Assembly: GCA_015163825.1 (NCBI GenBank)
Contig: JAAOIL010000162.1
Location: forward strand, 1 to 25,360
Direction of reading: 5' to 3'
DNA length: 25,360 nucleotides
Source: Alphaproteobacteria bacterium
Lineage (GTDB): Bacteria; Pseudomonadota; Alphaproteobacteria; RS24
Part shown: one piece after another, positions 25,063-25,360 of the stretch
How positions within the stretch are numbered: the stretch's first letter is position 1
Layout of the letters: every line of letters starts with the position of its first letter
Made by a program: the position numbers and the translations under genes
Notes under the pieces: generated by a model
Seen by the model: only the letters and a program-made list of their open reading frames with translations
Database searches by the model: none
What the model was told of the DNA's origin: nothing

Positions 25063-25360
25063 ATGGGCGACCTCCGCATAAAACTGGTTTCTAAAAACCC
25101 GATTTCAGCATTTCAATTATTTGATTTGCCGCAACACAATAAAAATGTGCGCTTTGTGCTGGAAGGTGATGATTACGATTGGCTTGTCGTTTGGGACGAT
25201 CTACCCCCCAGCAAGGGCGAGCGGCTGAGCAATAGCATTGTGCGGGGGCAGTGTTCGCAATCGCGCACGGCTTTGATGACTTACGAACCATCATCGGTGA
25301 AACATTATGGCAAAGATTATGTGAAGCAATTCGGGTTGGTTTTAACCTCGCACGAGCCAC
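25063..25360 (+). CDS. Partial ORF running off the window; probable glycosyltransferase family 10 (fucosyltransferase-like) N-terminus
   Basis: Open frame from ATG 25063 to the window end, absent from the ORF track: MGDLRIKLVSKNP...DYDWLVVWDDLPP...TYEPSSVKHYGKDYVKQFGLVLTSHEP. The DWLVV and EPS-VK-Y---QFG-VLT segments resemble bacterial GT10-like proteins (from recall). Confidence 0.6.
   Translation, partial: MGDLRIKLVSKNPISAFQLFDLPQHNKNVRFVLEGDDYDWLVVWDDLPPSKGERLSNSIVRGQCSQSRTALMTYEPSSVKHYGKDYVKQFGLVLTSHEP

Noticed and set aside
25091-25360. Minus-strand 89-aa ORF at the window end
   Set aside because: A shadow of the more plausible plus-strand ORF starting at 25063.

Overview
This is a chromosomal segment of an alphaproteobacterium, roughly 50% GC by eye. 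All assignments come from motif recognition and recall; no database searches were run. Most of it is a conserved housekeeping backbone: ribE-ribB(X)-ribH-nusB-thiL, hppA (H+-PPase), bamE, a Cbp3-type chaperone, plsX-fabH-ihfA-MerR-tRNA-Pro(GGG), DUF2842/ctaA, rplM-rpsI, fabZ-argC-aminotransferase-hom-glpX-recJ, tRNA-Glu, msrA, a Sel1 protein, gloA, a two-domain cold-shock protein, a PaaI thioesterase and tRNA-Pro(TGG). Three small accessory inserts each sit beside a tRNA gene. (i) A DUF4172/Fic gene butts against the 3' end of tRNA-Pro(GGG) and is preceded by repeated CCGCA-N5-TGCGG palindromes. (ii) An AT-richer two-gene cassette (76-aa unknown ORF + DUF2335-like two-TM protein) with its own sigma70 promoter lies between recJ and tRNA-Glu; it is the best candidate for an uncharacterised system. 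(iii) Two diverged Bor/Iss-like lipoprotein genes directly follow tRNA-Pro(TGG), and after them a partial GT10-like glycosyltransferase gene that the ORF track missed. Other notable points are recurring frame-preserving 12/18-bp tandem repeats in core genes, fabZ outside its usual lpx context and coupled to argC, and a TTAA-N7-TTAA CtrA-type box over the gloA ribosome-binding region. No CRISPR array, rRNA, integrase or transposase was seen.
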